NCBI GenBank assembly: GCA_050248795.1
Contig: JBFWRS010000003.1
Span: 6,500-70,499 of the forward strand
Length of the DNA stretch: 64,000 nucleotides
Source of the DNA: Burkholderiales bacterium
Lineage (GTDB): Bacteria > Pseudomonadota > Gammaproteobacteria > Burkholderiales > SG8-39
Direction: 5' to 3'
Shown: positions 12,688-23,497 of the stretch, in pieces
How the letters are laid out: each line of letters starts with the position of its first letter
Numbering within the stretch: the stretch's first letter is position 1
Notes under the pieces: model-generated
What the model saw: the letters and a program-made list of their open reading frames with translations, nothing else
Told to the model about the DNA's origin: nothing
Databases searched by the model: none
Translations under genes and position numbers: made by a program

Positions 12688-13524
12688 CTACTTCTTCACT
12701 GCGATCCAGCGGCCCTCGGTGCCGTTGTCGGCGCGGAACGAGCCTTCCATGCGGTTGCCGGTCACGGTGCCGGTGAAGTCGCGGCGCACGCTGGCGTTGT
12801 CGACGTAGGCGAAGCCGATGCGAAAGCCCGACAGGCGCGCGTCGCGCAGTCCCGCCTGCACCGCACCCGGAAGGTCGACGAAGCCTTCGATCTTCTGGAA
12901 CTTCTGCTCGATCGACATGGCAGTCTTGACGCCGGTGCCTTCGAGCGACCAGCCGCCCATCACGTTCGCGGGCACTACCCAGAAGTAGGCGCGCCTGCCG
13001 TCGTAGCTGGAGATCTCGTCCGCTTCCCAGTCGTCCATCGTGAACGAATGCGACACCACGCGCGTGCCGGGCTTCATGCTGAGCAGTTGCGGCCGCAGCT
13101 TCAGGTTCAGCCCCGGCAGCAGGTACATCGTGACCACCGTCGCCGAGCTGAAGTCGGACTGGAAGATGTCTCCCTGCACCACCTTCGCGCGTGCGGCGAC
13201 GCCCGCCTTGACGACGTTCTCCTGCGCATGCTTCGCCATGTCGGGGTTGTATTCGATCCCGCGCGACCTGGCGCCGAAGTTCTTCGCCGCGGCGATCGCG
13301 ATCTTGCCGTTGCCGGCGCCAAGGTCGACGACATAGTCCTGCGGCGTGACCTGCGCCATGCGCAGCATGCGGTCGACCACCTCGTCCGGCGTCGGCACCC
13401 AGATGACGTCCTTGCCGGCCTGGCCGACCTGGGGCTGGTAGCCCTTCTTGCCATCCTGTGCGTGCGGGCTGCCCGCGAGCAGCAGCGATGCGGCAAGCGC
13501 CGCGGAGAAGCGGAGTAGCGACAT
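12688..13524 (-). CDS. secreted class I SAM-dependent methyltransferase
   Basis: Signal peptide MSLLRFSAALAASLLLAGSPHAQ. SAM motif I VVDLGAGNGKI. Confidence 0.7.
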   Translation of the reverse strand: MSLLRFSAALAASLLLAGSPHAQDGKKGYQPQVGQAGKDVIWVPTPDEVVDRMLRMAQVTPQDYVVDLGAGNGKIAIAAAKNFGARSRGIEYNPDMAKHAQENVVKAGVAARAKVVQGDIFQSDFSSATVVTMYLLPGLNLKLRPQLLSMKPGTRVVSHSFTMDDWEADEISSYDGRRAYFWVVPANVMGGWSLEGTGVKTAMSIEQKFQKIEGFVDLPGAVQAGLRDARLSGFRIGFAYVDNASVRRDFTGTVTGNRMEGSFRADNGTEGRWIAVKK

Positions 13525-13569
13525 TCTAGGGGTCCTTGGTCTGGGCGAAGGCGCGAAGCGTAGCAGAGT

Positions 13570-15075
13570 TCAAAGTACCTCCGCCGCGTGGTCCGCGAGC
13601 CGCGAGCGCTCCCCGCGCGCAAGCGTGATGTGGCCGGAATGCGACCAGTCCTTGAAGCGATCCACCACGTAGGTCAGGCCGGAACTGCCTTCGGTGAGGT
13701 AGGGCGTGTCGATCTGCGCGATGTTGCCCAGGCACACCACCTTGGTGCCGGGGCCGGCGCGCGTCACCAGCGTTTTCATCTGCTTGGGTGTGAGGTTCTG
13801 CGCCTCGTCGATGATCAGCCACTTGTTGAGGAACGTGCGGCCGCGCATGAAGTTCAGCGACTTGATCTTGATGCGCGAGCGCACGAGGTCCCGCGTCGCC
13901 GCGCGGCCCCATTCGCCCCCCGATTCGTCGGACGCGTTCAGCACGTCGAGGTTGTCCTCGAGCGCGCCCATCCAGGGCTGCATCTTTTCCTCCTCGGTGC
14001 CGGGGAGGAAGCCGATGTCCTCGCCGATCGGCACCGTGACGCGCGTCATGATGATCTCGTTGTATCGCTTCAGGTCCAGCACCTGCGTGAGTCCCGACGC
14101 GAGCGCGAGCAGCGTCTTGCCGGTACCCGCCTGTCCCAGCAGCGTGACGAAGTCGACCGCCGGGTTCATCAGCAGATTGAGGGCGAAGTTCTGCTCGCGG
14201 TTGCGCGCGGTGACGCCCCAGACGGCGTTGCGCGCATGGGTGAAATCGCGCACCGTCTCGAGTACGGCGACGCGGCCGTTGCGTTCCTTCACCACCGCCA
14301 GCAGCGGCCGCTCGCCCGACTCCTCGTAGACGAACTCGTTCAGGTGCAGCTTCGGCACCAGCGGCCCGCGCACCCGGTAGTAGGTGCTGCCGTCCTTCTT
14401 CCACGATTCGACGTCGCGGCCGTGCGCGTCCCAGAAGTCCGCACCCAGCCTGCGCACGCCCGAGTACAGCAGGTCCGTGTCCTCGAGCACCTTGTCGTTG
14501 AAGTAGTCCTCCGCGGCGAGGCCGAGCGCGCGGGCCTTGATCCGCATGTTGATGTCCTTCGACACCAGGATCACCTCGCGCTCCGGCTTCACGCGCTGCA
14601 GGTGCAGATGGCGCACCACGGCGAGGATCTGGTTGTCGGTCTTGCCCGCGGCGAGCGTGGCCGGCAGTTCGCCGTTGATCGCCTCGGTCTGCAGGTACAG
14701 GCGGCCCAGCCGGCCGGTGCCGGCGGTCTTCGACACGATGGGCAGCCCGGACTTGATGTCGGCAACCGGATTGGACACGATCTCGTCCAGGAAGCGGCTT
14801 GCCTGGCGCGCGTTTCGCGCCACATCCGACAGCCCCTTCTTGTGGTTGTCGAGTTCCTCCAGCGTCCCGATCGGCAGGTAGATGTCGTGCTCCTCGAAGC
14901 GGAACAGGCTCGTCGGATCGTGCATCAGCACGTTGGTGTCGAGCACGAACAGCTTGGCGGTGCGCTTCCTGTGCTGCGATCGGGATTTCTTCGCCATGGC
15001 GGCGGGAGGGAGGGTGTCTTCGATGAGGTCTGCTGCGGGCTGGCTGTCTGCCGGTGAATCAGAGGGTCTTAACAA
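13570..15075 (-). CDS. PIN-domain/PhoH-like ATPase (PhoH2/YlaK family)
   Basis: N-terminal PIN (FVLDTNVLMHDP) and C-terminal PhoH with Walker A GQAGTGKT. TTG start at 15075 lies 9 nt after AGGAGG. An alternative ATG is at 14997. Confidence 0.8.
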   Translation of the reverse strand: MLRPSDSPADSQPAADLIEDTLPPAAMAKKSRSQHRKRTAKLFVLDTNVLMHDPTSLFRFEEHDIYLPIGTLEELDNHKKGLSDVARNARQASRFLDEIVSNPVADIKSGLPIVSKTAGTGRLGRLYLQTEAINGELPATLAAGKTDNQILAVVRHLHLQRVKPEREVILVSKDINMRIKARALGLAAEDYFNDKVLEDTDLLYSGVRRLGADFWDAHGRDVESWKKDGSTYYRVRGPLVPKLHLNEFVYEESGERPLLAVVKERNGRVAVLETVRDFTHARNAVWGVTARNREQNFALNLLMNPAVDFVTLLGQAGTGKTLLALASGLTQVLDLKRYNEIIMTRVTVPIGEDIGFLPGTEEEKMQPWMGALEDNLDVLNASDESGGEWGRAATRDLVRSRIKIKSLNFMRGRTFLNKWLIIDEAQNLTPKQMKTLVTRAGPGTKVVCLGNIAQIDTPYLTEGSSGLTYVVDRFKDWSHSGHITLARGERSRLADHAAEVL

Positions 15076-15514
15076 AGTCGAGTACCTCCTGTGCGTGACC
15101 GGGAACCTTCACTGCGCGCCATTCGCGCGCAATCCTGCCGTTCGCATCGATCACGAATGTGCTGCGCTCGATGCCGCGGACCTTCTTGCCATACATGTTC
15201 TTCAGTTTCATGACATCGTAGAAGCTGCAGGCCGTTTCGTCGGCGTCCGACAGCAGGTCGAAGGCGAGCCCGTGCTTCGCCTTGAAGTTCTCGTGGGACC
15301 GGATCGAATCGCGCGAGATGCCGAACACCTCGCAGCCCGCCTTCGCGAACGCTTTCGACAGCGCGTTGAACTGCAGGCTCTCGTCGGTGCAGCCCGGCGT
15401 GTTGTCCTTCGGGTAGAAGTAGAGGACCAGTTTGCTGCCGCGGGCAGCCGAGAGCGTGAAGGTCCTGTTCCCGGTGGCCGGGAGGGTGAAATCCGGAGCT
15501 GCTTTACCGGGCAT
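15059..15514 (-). CDS. bcp: peroxiredoxin Bcp
   Basis: APDFTL...LYFYPKDNTPGCT peroxidatic-Cys motif. 151 aa. Confidence 0.9.
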   Translation of the reverse strand: MPGKAAPDFTLPATGNRTFTLSAARGSKLVLYFYPKDNTPGCTDESLQFNALSKAFAKAGCEVFGISRDSIRSHENFKAKHGLAFDLLSDADETACSFYDVMKLKNMYGKKVRGIERSTFVIDANGRIAREWRAVKVPGHAQEVLDFVKTL

Positions 15515-15650
15515 GCCAGGGTTTTTTTAAAAACCTTCTCAGCAATGCAACGCAAGTACTTCATTGAACATGTTTTCCACCGTATCTGCAAGTCCGGTGC
15601 AGGCGCCTGATCCGTAAGCCATTTTCAGCTCGTCGCCGGCCGCGGCACTG

Positions 15651-16019
15651 CTATGTGAACAACAGCGCGGCCGCCACTTTGCGGTGCTCGGCGACCAGCA
15701 CGTTGTAGGTGCGGCACGCGGCCTTCAGGTCCATGACTTCCACGCCGATGCGCGCTTCGGTGAGCAGGCGCGTGATGCGCGGATGTGGAAAGCGCAGTCG
15801 GTGCCCGGTGCCGAGCAGCACGATCTCCAGGTCCATGCGCGCAAGCGCGGCGAAGTCCTCCGCCGCCAGCGCGTCGAACGAGCGCGCATCCCACGCGAGC
15901 ACATGCTCCGGCAGCACCAGCAGGTTGGACGCATGCCGCTCGCCGTTCACCGCGACGTAGTCGTCGCCATACGCGGTGAAGGTGTTCAGGGAGCCGGCGC
16001 TGGAGGCGTGGAGTTTCAC
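15651..16019 (-). CDS. Mth938/DUF498-domain protein
   Basis: 122 aa with the typical pattern ...IVLLGTG....P......L...GIGVEVMD...ACRTYN.L..E.R. Confidence 0.6.
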   Translation of the reverse strand: MKLHASSAGSLNTFTAYGDDYVAVNGERHASNLLVLPEHVLAWDARSFDALAAEDFAALARMDLEIVLLGTGHRLRFPHPRITRLLTEARIGVEVMDLKAACRTYNVLVAEHRKVAAALLFT

Positions 16020-16034
16020 TGATAAAATGGAATT

Positions 16035-17231
16035 ATGCGTGAATTTTCAAGGATCAAGCGACTTCCTCCGTATGTTTTCAACATCACCGCGGAGCTCAAG
16101 ATGGCGGCGCGGCGGCGCGGCGAGGACATCATCGACCTGTCGATGGGGAACCCCGACGGGCCGACGCCGAAGCACATCGTAGACAAACTGGTCGAGGCCG
16201 CGGAGCGCGGCGACACGCACGGCTACTCGGTGTCCAAGGGCATTCCGCGGCTGCGCCGCGCGATCTGCGACTGGTACCGGCGCCGCTACGCGGTCGAGTT
16301 CGATCCCGACAGCGAGGCCATCGTCACCATCGGCTCGAAGGAGGGGCTGGCGCACCTGATGCTCGCGACGCTCGAGCGCGGCGACACGGTGCTGGTGCCG
16401 AACCCGTCCTATCCGATCCACATCTACGGCGCCATCATCGCCGGCGCCGACATCCGCTCGGTGCGCATGACGCCGGGCGTGGACTTCTTCGCCGAGCTCG
16501 AACGCGCGATCGGCGAGCTGATCCCGAAGCCGAAGATGCTGATCCTCGGCTTCCCGTCGAACCCGACGGCGCAATGCGTGGAGCTCGAATTCTTCGAGCG
16601 CGTGATCGCGATCGCGAAGCAGCACGACATCCTGGTCGTGCACGACCTTGCCTACGCCGACATCACCTTCGACGGCTGGAAGGCGCCTTCGATCATGCAG
16701 GTGCCGGGAGCGCGCGATGTCGCGGTGGAATTCTTCACCATGTCCAAGAGCTACAACATGGCCGGCTGGCGCGTCGGCTTCATGGTCGGCAACAAGGACC
16801 TGGTGCACGCGCTCGCGCGCATCAAGAGCTACCACGACTACGGCACCTTCGCGCCGATCCAGGTTGCGTCCATCATCGCGCTCGACGGCCCGCAGGACTG
16901 CGTGGAGGAGATCCGCCAGACCTACCAGCGCCGGCGCGACGTCATGGTGCGCGGCCTGCACGAATGCGGCTGGATGGTCGAGAATCCCAGGGCCTCGATG
17001 TACATCTGGGCGAAGATCCCCGAGGCGTATTCGGCGATGAAGTCGCTCGAATTCGCCAAGAAGCTGCTCGCGGACGCGAAGATCGCGGTCTCGCCGGGAA
17101 TCGGCTTCGGCGACTACGGCGACGACTACGTGCGCATCGCGCTGATCGAGAACGAGCACCGGCTGCGGCAGGCGCTGCGCGGCATCCGCGACATGCTGCG
17201 CAAGGACGGCCTGCTGAAAGGCGCGGCATGA
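16035..17231 (+). CDS. alaC: PLP-dependent alanine/glutamate-pyruvate aminotransferase AlaC
   Basis: Near-colinear resemblance to E. coli AlaC/YfdZ as recalled: [54 protein letters not shown]. Confidence 0.85.
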   Translation: MREFSRIKRLPPYVFNITAELKMAARRRGEDIIDLSMGNPDGPTPKHIVDKLVEAAERGDTHGYSVSKGIPRLRRAICDWYRRRYAVEFDPDSEAIVTIGSKEGLAHLMLATLERGDTVLVPNPSYPIHIYGAIIAGADIRSVRMTPGVDFFAELERAIGELIPKPKMLILGFPSNPTAQCVELEFFERVIAIAKQHDILVVHDLAYADITFDGWKAPSIMQVPGARDVAVEFFTMSKSYNMAGWRVGFMVGNKDLVHALARIKSYHDYGTFAPIQVASIIALDGPQDCVEEIRQTYQRRRDVMVRGLHECGWMVENPRASMYIWAKIPEAYSAMKSLEFAKKLLADAKIAVSPGIGFGDYGDDYVRIALIENEHRLRQALRGIRDMLRKDGLLKGAA

Positions 17232-17259
17232 TGCGCGGCTCCATGGAGGGCGCGCCGCG

Positions 17260-18570
17260 ATGAAACCGATCAACGTCGGCCTGCTCGGCATCGGCACCGT
17301 CGGCGGCGGTACCTGGGACGTGCTAAAGCGCAACGCCGGCGAGATCGAGCGGCGCGCCGGGCGCGCGATCCGCATCACGATGGTCGCCGACAAGCGCACC
17401 GGCTACGCCAGGGGCGTCGTCAAGGGCCGCGCCGTGGTTACCGACGACGCGCGCGAGGTCACGCGCGCGAAGGACATCGACATCGTCATCGAGCTGATCG
17501 GCGGCTACACGCTCGCCCGCGAGCTGGTGCTGGACGCGATCGCCCACGGCAAGCACGTCGTCACCGCCAACAAGGCGCTGCTCGCCACGCACGGCAACGA
17601 GATCTTCGCCGCCGCGCAGAAAGAGGGCGTCATGGTGGCGTTCGAGGCCGCGGTCGCGGGCGGCATACCGATCATCAAGGCGCTGCGCGAAGGACTCGCG
17701 GCCAACCGCATCGAATGGATCGCCGGCATCATCAACGGCACATCCAACTTCATCCTGTCCGAGATGCGCGACAAGGGCCTCGCCTTCGCCGACGTGCTGC
17801 AGGATGCGCAGGCCAAGGGCTACGCCGAGGCCGACCCGACCTTCGACATCGAGGGCATCGACGCCGCGCACAAGCTGACGATCCTGTCGGCGCTCGCGTT
17901 CGGCATCCCGATGCAGTTCGGCAAGGCGTACACCGAGGGCGTGGCAAAGCTCACGCGGGAGGACATCACCTACGCCGAGCAGCTCGGCTACCGCATCAAG
18001 CTGCTGGGAATCACGCGCCGCGCGGCGAAGGGCATCGAGCTGCGGGTGCACCCGACACTGGTGCCGGCGCGCCGCCTGATCGCGAACGTCGAAGGCGTCA
18101 TGAATGCGGTGCTGATCAAGGGCGATGCGGTGGGGCCGACCATGTACTACGGCGCGGGCGCCGGCAGCCTGCCCACCGCGAGCGCGGTGGTGGCCGATCT
18201 CGTCGACGTCACGCGGCTCATCACCGCCGACCCCGAGCACCGCGTGCCGCACCTCGCCTTCCAGCCCGACCGGCTTTCCAGCGAGCGCATCCTGCCGATG
18301 GGCGAGGTGGAGACCTCGTACTACCTGCGCATGCGCGTGGTGGACAAGCCGGGCGTGCTCGCCGACATCACGCGCATCCTGGCGGACTCGCGCATCTCCA
18401 TCGGCGCGATGGTGCAGAAGGAACCCGGCGAAGGCGAGAAGCGCGTCGATATCGTGCTGCTGACGCATCGCGCAGTCGAAAAGGACGTGAACAGCGCGCT
18501 GAAGCGCATCGAGCGGCTGGCAAGTGTCGTCGGCAAGGTCACGCGCATCCGGCTCGAAGAACTGCTTTGA
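17260..18570 (+). CDS. hom: homoserine dehydrogenase
   Basis: NAD-binding GLLGIGTVGGG, catalytic domain and C-terminal ACT domain. alaC-hom-thrC order. Confidence 0.9.
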   Translation: MKPINVGLLGIGTVGGGTWDVLKRNAGEIERRAGRAIRITMVADKRTGYARGVVKGRAVVTDDAREVTRAKDIDIVIELIGGYTLARELVLDAIAHGKHVVTANKALLATHGNEIFAAAQKEGVMVAFEAAVAGGIPIIKALREGLAANRIEWIAGIINGTSNFILSEMRDKGLAFADVLQDAQAKGYAEADPTFDIEGIDAAHKLTILSALAFGIPMQFGKAYTEGVAKLTREDITYAEQLGYRIKLLGITRRAAKGIELRVHPTLVPARRLIANVEGVMNAVLIKGDAVGPTMYYGAGAGSLPTASAVVADLVDVTRLITADPEHRVPHLAFQPDRLSSERILPMGEVETSYYLRMRVVDKPGVLADITRILADSRISIGAMVQKEPGEGEKRVDIVLLTHRAVEKDVNSALKRIERLASVVGKVTRIRLEELL

Positions 18571-19943
18571 TGCGCTACGTATCCACGCGCGGCGGCGGAA
18601 CCCCGCAGCGCTTCTGCGACATCCTGCTCGAAGGCCTCGCCGCCGACGGCGGGCTGTACGTTCCCGAGGCCTACCCGCGCGCCGACCTCGCTGCGTGGCG
18701 CGGACTCGGCTACCCGGATCTCGCCTTCGAGGTGCTGCGCCTCTTCGCGGACGATGTTCCCGCGGCGGACCTGCGCCGGCTGGTGCACGCCGCGTACACC
18801 CGGGAGGCGTTCGGCAGCGCGGACATCGCGCCGCTGAAGACGCTGGAGCCCGGCCTGCACCTGCTCGGCCTGTCCAACGGGCCGACGCTTGCCTTCAAGG
18901 ACATGGCGATGCAGCTCCTCGGGCGGCTGTTCGAGTACGAGCTCGAACGGCGCGGCGAGACGCTGAACATCGTCGGTGCCACTTCGGGCGACACCGGCTC
19001 GGCCGCCGAGCACGCGATGCGCGGCAGGAAGGGCATCAATGTGTTCATGCTGTCGCCGCACGGCCGCATGAGCGCGTTCCAGCGCGCGCAGATGTACTCG
19101 CTGCAGGACGCCAACATCCACAACCTCGCGGTGAAGGGAAACTTCGACGACTGCCAGGACGTGGTGAAGGCGGTGAACGCCGATGCCGCGTTCAAGGCGC
19201 GCCACCGCATCGGCGCGGTGAACTCGATCAACTGGGCGCGCATCGCAGCGCAGGTGGTGTACTACTTCTGGGGCTACTTCCGCGCCACGCAATCGGATGC
19301 CGAGGAGGTCTTGTTCTGCGTGCCCTCGGGGAACTTCGGCAACATCCACGCGGGGCACGTCGCGCGCGCGATGGGGCTGCCGGTGCGGCGGCTGATCCTC
19401 GCCACCAACGAGAATGACGTGCTGGACGAGTTCTTCCGCACCGGCACCTACCGCGTGCGCGGCAAGGTGCATGCGACTTCCAGCCCGTCGATGGACATCT
19501 CCAAGGCATCGAACTTCGAGCGCTACGTGTTCGATCGCGTCGGCCGCGACGGCGCTCGCGTCAAGGCGCTGTGGCAGCGGCTCGCCGCCGAGGGCGAGTT
19601 CGAACTGCCGCCCACTGCATCCGGCTTCGCGTCAGGCTCGAGCAGCCACGCCGATCGCATCGCCACCATCCGTGACGTGCATGCGCGCTACGGCGTCACC
19701 ATCGATCCGCACACCGCGGATGGCGTCAAGGTCGGGCTCGCGCACCGCGAAGCGGACGTGCCGCTGGTGTGCCTGGAGACCGCGCTGCCGGTGAAGTTCG
19801 CCGACACCATACGCGAGGCGCTCGGCAGCGAGCCCGATCGCCCCGCGAGCTGCAGGGGAATCGAAGAGCTGCCACAGCGGGTCACGGTGATCGAACCGGA
19901 CTCAGAAGAGGTAAAGCGTTACATTGCCGCGCACGCGGTGTGA
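18570..19943 (+). CDS. thrC: threonine synthase
   Basis: MRYVSTRGG start with a 1-nt overlap with the hom stop. PLP lysine motif PTLAFKD. Confidence 0.9.
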   Translation: MRYVSTRGGGTPQRFCDILLEGLAADGGLYVPEAYPRADLAAWRGLGYPDLAFEVLRLFADDVPAADLRRLVHAAYTREAFGSADIAPLKTLEPGLHLLGLSNGPTLAFKDMAMQLLGRLFEYELERRGETLNIVGATSGDTGSAAEHAMRGRKGINVFMLSPHGRMSAFQRAQMYSLQDANIHNLAVKGNFDDCQDVVKAVNADAAFKARHRIGAVNSINWARIAAQVVYYFWGYFRATQSDAEEVLFCVPSGNFGNIHAGHVARAMGLPVRRLILATNENDVLDEFFRTGTYRVRGKVHATSSPSMDISKASNFERYVFDRVGRDGARVKALWQRLAAEGEFELPPTASGFASGSSSHADRIATIRDVHARYGVTIDPHTADGVKVGLAHREADVPLVCLETALPVKFADTIREALGSEPDRPASCRGIEELPQRVTVIEPDSEEVKRYIAAHAV

Positions 19944-19947
19944 TACG

Positions 19948-21807
19948 TCACGCGCGCCGCGCGCCCTCGCCGTCCATCTGCCTGGTGTAAAACTCGAAGC
20001 CGTTCTTGCCATGCTCCTTGGCGTGGAACATCGCGCTGTCGGCGTGCATCACCAGCGTGTCCACGTCGTTGCCGTCTGCCGGATGAATGGCGATGCCGAC
20101 GCTGGCGGTGACATGCACGACGTGATCGTCCAGCGTGAAGGGCTTTTCCAGCTCCCTGACCACCTTTTCCGCGACCAGCCCGCAGGGGCCGGCGTCCGCC
20201 AGTCCTGACAGGATCACCGCGAACTCGTCGCCGCCGATGCGCCCGACGGTGTCGCCTGCACGCATGCACGACTGCAGGCGCGCGGACACCTCCTTCAACA
20301 GCCTGTCGCCGTACGCGTGGCCGAGCGTGTCGTTGACGTGCTTGAAGCGATCCAGGTCGACGAACAGCACGCCGACCTTCCATCCGCCCCGCGGCGCCTG
20401 CGCCAGTGCCTGCTTCAGGCGGTCGTACAGCAGCGCGCGGTTCGGCAACTGCGTCAGGTCGTCGTAATGCGCCATGCGGCTGATGCGGTCCTGCAGCAGT
20501 TTCCGCTCGGTGATGTCCTGCACCACGCTGGAAAAGTAAAGCGGCGTCCCCGCGGCATCGCGTACCGGGCTGATCGACACCAGGACCCAGATGGTCTTGC
20601 CATCCTTGCGCATGTAGCGGCATTCCACGCCAGGTTGTTGCTGATGCCCTGGTTCGGATGCCAGCCGGTCGCTTCGGTCCTCGCGCCAGCGATGCAGGTC
20701 CTCGGGATGGACGATGTCGGCCTCCTGGCACGACAGCAGTTCCTGCTCGCTGTAGCCGAGCATGCGGCACAGCGTGTCGTTCGCCTGCAGGTAGCGGCCA
20801 TCCAGCCCGTTACGCGAGATGCCGATGGTGGCCTGATCGAAGGTGGCGCGAAAGCGCGCCTCGCTGTCGGCAAGCGCGTCAACCGCCTTGCGCTGGCGCG
20901 ACAGGCCCGCCAACAGCACCGCCGCGAACGCGAGTATGAACACGCTCGCCAGCGCGGCGGCGGCAAGATATGCGCGCTCGCGCTGGCGGAACGGGGCCAG
21001 CGCCTCGGATTCCGCCGTGCCGACGGTGGCGATCAGCGCATAGTCTGGGAGCGTCCGGTAGCTGAAGATGCGCGTCACGCCGTCTAGCCCGCCGGGGCCC
21101 ACGTAGCTGCCCGACGGCCGCTTCTTCTGCTCCTGCATCAGCATCGTGTGCCGGATGTCCTCGCCGAAGCTGCCTTTCGGGCCGACGCGGCGTGCGCGCG
21201 TGATGCCGTCGGTGCCCACCAGCGAGAAGATCGACAGCGGTCCGAGCTCGGCCTTGCGGTAGAACTCGGTAAAGTGGTTCGGGTCGATGGACAGCGTCAC
21301 CGTGCCGCCGAAGCTGCCGTCGGCCTTCGCGATGCGGCGCGTCATCGGGATCTGCCACGTGCCGGACACGCGGCCCAGCACCGGCACGCTCACGTACAGC
21401 GTGTCCCTGTCGGTGAGCTTGTGGTGCCTGAAGTGTTCGCGATCGGCATAGTTCACCGCGCCGATGTTCCTGCTGCTGAGGACGATGTCGCCGCGCTCAT
21501 CGACGATGCTGAGGATGCGGATGATGCCTGTGTCCACCTGCAGGTCGGTGATCAGGCGCGCGAGGTCGAGTTCCCTGCCACGCACTGCCCAGGCGCGCCG
21601 CACGATGAGCGCGATCTGGTCGACGCCCTTAAGCGTCCTCACGGTCTGTTCCTCGAAGGCGAGCGCGAGGTTGGAGTTCTGCCGCATGGTGCTGGCGATC
21701 GCGTTCTCGCGGTCGATGCGGACCTGCCGGATCGTCATTCCCCATGTGCCTGCGACGAGCAGGATGCAAAACAGCACGATCGTGTAGTTCAGCAGCGGGA
21801 ACTGCAT
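19948..21807 (-). CDS. sensor diguanylate cyclase (TM-Cache-like-TM, PAS, GGDEF)
   Basis: GGDEF motif RIGGDEF with an RAGD I-site 5 aa upstream. PAS region and two TM segments flanking a periplasmic domain. ATG at 21807 preferred over the track start at 21843. Confidence 0.85.
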   Translation of the reverse strand: MQFPLLNYTIVLFCILLVAGTWGMTIRQVRIDRENAIASTMRQNSNLALAFEEQTVRTLKGVDQIALIVRRAWAVRGRELDLARLITDLQVDTGIIRILSIVDERGDIVLSSRNIGAVNYADREHFRHHKLTDRDTLYVSVPVLGRVSGTWQIPMTRRIAKADGSFGGTVTLSIDPNHFTEFYRKAELGPLSIFSLVGTDGITRARRVGPKGSFGEDIRHTMLMQEQKKRPSGSYVGPGGLDGVTRIFSYRTLPDYALIATVGTAESEALAPFRQRERAYLAAAALASVFILAFAAVLLAGLSRQRKAVDALADSEARFRATFDQATIGISRNGLDGRYLQANDTLCRMLGYSEQELLSCQEADIVHPEDLHRWREDRSDRLASEPGHQQQPGVECRYMRKDGKTIWVLVSISPVRDAAGTPLYFSSVVQDITERKLLQDRISRMAHYDDLTQLPNRALLYDRLKQALAQAPRGGWKVGVLFVDLDRFKHVNDTLGHAYGDRLLKEVSARLQSCMRAGDTVGRIGGDEFAVILSGLADAGPCGLVAEKVVRELEKPFTLDDHVVHVTASVGIAIHPADGNDVDTLVMHADSAMFHAKEHGKNGFEFYTRQMDGEGARRA

Positions 21808-21914
21808 GCCCCGCGCGGGCGGTGGTGTTGGGGGTGGGCGCATGGCGACCCCGGGCCGGGATCGGGGCGACGTGGAAAAATCCAGTTTATCCCTGATTCC
21901 GGCGCAGGCATGCC

Positions 21915-22763
21915 TCAGTCGAACCAGAAGCTGCCGTCCAGCAGCGTACCGCGAACCCAGCCCAGTTGCGGCGAGCCGGGGACCTCGATGCGGCGCAATC
22001 CGGGCAGCGGTTCGTCCTGCCGCCGGAAGTGGGTGTCGCCGTGCACCAGTACCAGTGGCTTCCCGAGTCCCGCGAGCCTGGCCCGCAGCGCGGCGTAACC
22101 GTCTGCGACGCCTGCCCGGCGCCGTGTCTCGCGCTCGAAATCCGGGTTTGCCTGCATCAGGACGACGAGCCCCTGGCGGGCCCGCGCCGCGCTGTCATCC
22201 AGCCAGGCGAACACCGCGCGCATGCGCGCCGCGTGCTCGGCGTCCATCTGCGGCGTGCGGCCGAGGTTGTTGTTGCTGCCCGGCACATTGAGCGCGACGA
22301 ACATCACGCCATCTACCTCCCAGCGCGCATGCTCGCAGTAGTCGCCCCCCTGGCGTTCGACAGCGAGGCCGACCGGGTCGACGCAAAAGAGTCTGCGCCA
22401 TCGCTCCAGCCGCTCCAGCGGTTCGAAGCCACTGCGGTGGCAGTCGGTCCAGTCGTTGTCTCCCGGCAAGAGCAGCCACGGCGCGCGCCACCTGGAGAAC
22501 TGCGCCTTCCTCGCCTCGAACCACGCGTCGCTGCACGGACCTCGGCCCGAGGTAATGTCGCCGACGTGGACGATGAACGCGAGCGGCGCAGCGTTCATCT
22601 CGTCGATGACGCCATCGAGGTGGAACGCCTCCGTTTCCCCGTAGGGCGTGTCGCCGATCAGGCCGAACTGCAGGCCGCCAGGCGGTGGTGCGCCGGCACA
22701 GGCGGTCAGGAGCAGCGCCGCAAGCGCACAGGCAAGGCCGTGCACGCGGGCGCGGGCCGTCAC
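21915..22763 (-). CDS. calcineurin-like metallophosphoesterase lipoprotein
   Basis: Lipobox LLLTAC. GDTPY, HVGD, GDND and VHGDTH metal motifs. GTGA overlap with the upstream gene. Confidence 0.7.
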   Translation of the reverse strand: MTARARVHGLACALAALLLTACAGAPPPGGLQFGLIGDTPYGETEAFHLDGVIDEMNAAPLAFIVHVGDITSGRGPCSDAWFEARKAQFSRWRAPWLLLPGDNDWTDCHRSGFEPLERLERWRRLFCVDPVGLAVERQGGDYCEHARWEVDGVMFVALNVPGSNNNLGRTPQMDAEHAARMRAVFAWLDDSAARARQGLVVLMQANPDFERETRRRAGVADGYAALRARLAGLGKPLVLVHGDTHFRRQDEPLPGLRRIEVPGSPQLGWVRGTLLDGSFWFD

Positions 22764-23467
22764 GCGTGCGCCACGTAGATCGTGTTGCTGTCCTCCCTGT
22801 CCTCGATCGGATGCCGGAACCCGACCACGTGCGCTGCGGCGCGTGCAAACACCGCGTTGAGCAGTGCAGTGAACTCGTCGTCCGGCGGGTCATTCGACCA
22901 CAGCGCGAACACGCCACCCGGCGCGAGGTGGGTGCGCAGCCGGCCGAGGCCCGCGTCGGTGTAGAAGGCGTCGTGGCGCGCATGCAGCACGAAGCGCGGC
23001 GAATGGTCTATGTCGACCAGGATCGCGTCGAAGCGCCTGCCTGGCGCGCGCGGGTCGATCGCGGCGGACCCGGCAAGCGCGAAAAAGTCGCCGTGCAGGA
23101 GCTCGCAGCGCGGATCGTCTGTGAGCGCACGCCCCAGCGGCACCAGCCCGCGGCGATGCCATTCGATGACCTCGGGCAGTGCCTCCACCACCAGCAGCGA
23201 GCGCACCGATGCATGCTCCAGCACCGCGCGCGCGGTGTAGCCCAGCCCCAGGCCGCCGACCAGCACGTCCAGCGGCCCCGCGAGCCCGTCCAGCCCCAGC
23301 CTGGCAAGCGCGACCTCGCCCTCGGTGAAGAGGCTGGACATCAGGTATTCCTCGCCCAGCTTCACTTCGAATACGTCGACGCCCAGCGCTGGGTCGCGCC
23401 GGCGGCGCAGGCTGAGCGCGCCGAGCGGTGTGTCGCGGTAATCGAGTTCTTCGAAGTCGAGGGCCAT
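22760..23467 (-). CDS. spermidine synthase-like SAM methyltransferase-fold protein
   Basis: VLVGGLGLGYTA motif I and a DAILVDIDHSP acidic loop. SpeE-like layout. Confidence 0.6.
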   Translation of the reverse strand: MALDFEELDYRDTPLGALSLRRRRDPALGVDVFEVKLGEEYLMSSLFTEGEVALARLGLDGLAGPLDVLVGGLGLGYTARAVLEHASVRSLLVVEALPEVIEWHRRGLVPLGRALTDDPRCELLHGDFFALAGSAAIDPRAPGRRFDAILVDIDHSPRFVLHARHDAFYTDAGLGRLRTHLAPGGVFALWSNDPPDDEFTALLNAVFARAAAHVVGFRHPIEDREDSNTIYVAHA

Positions 23468-23497
23468 CAGATGCCGGGCCTCACGGCACAGCCGAGG

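Noticed and set aside
15515-15650. AT-rich 136-bp spacer upstream of bcp as a possible sRNA or FNR site (TTGAACATGTTTTCC)
   Set aside because: There is no matching right half-site, no stable stem-loop and no terminator. It is most simply the bcp promoter region.
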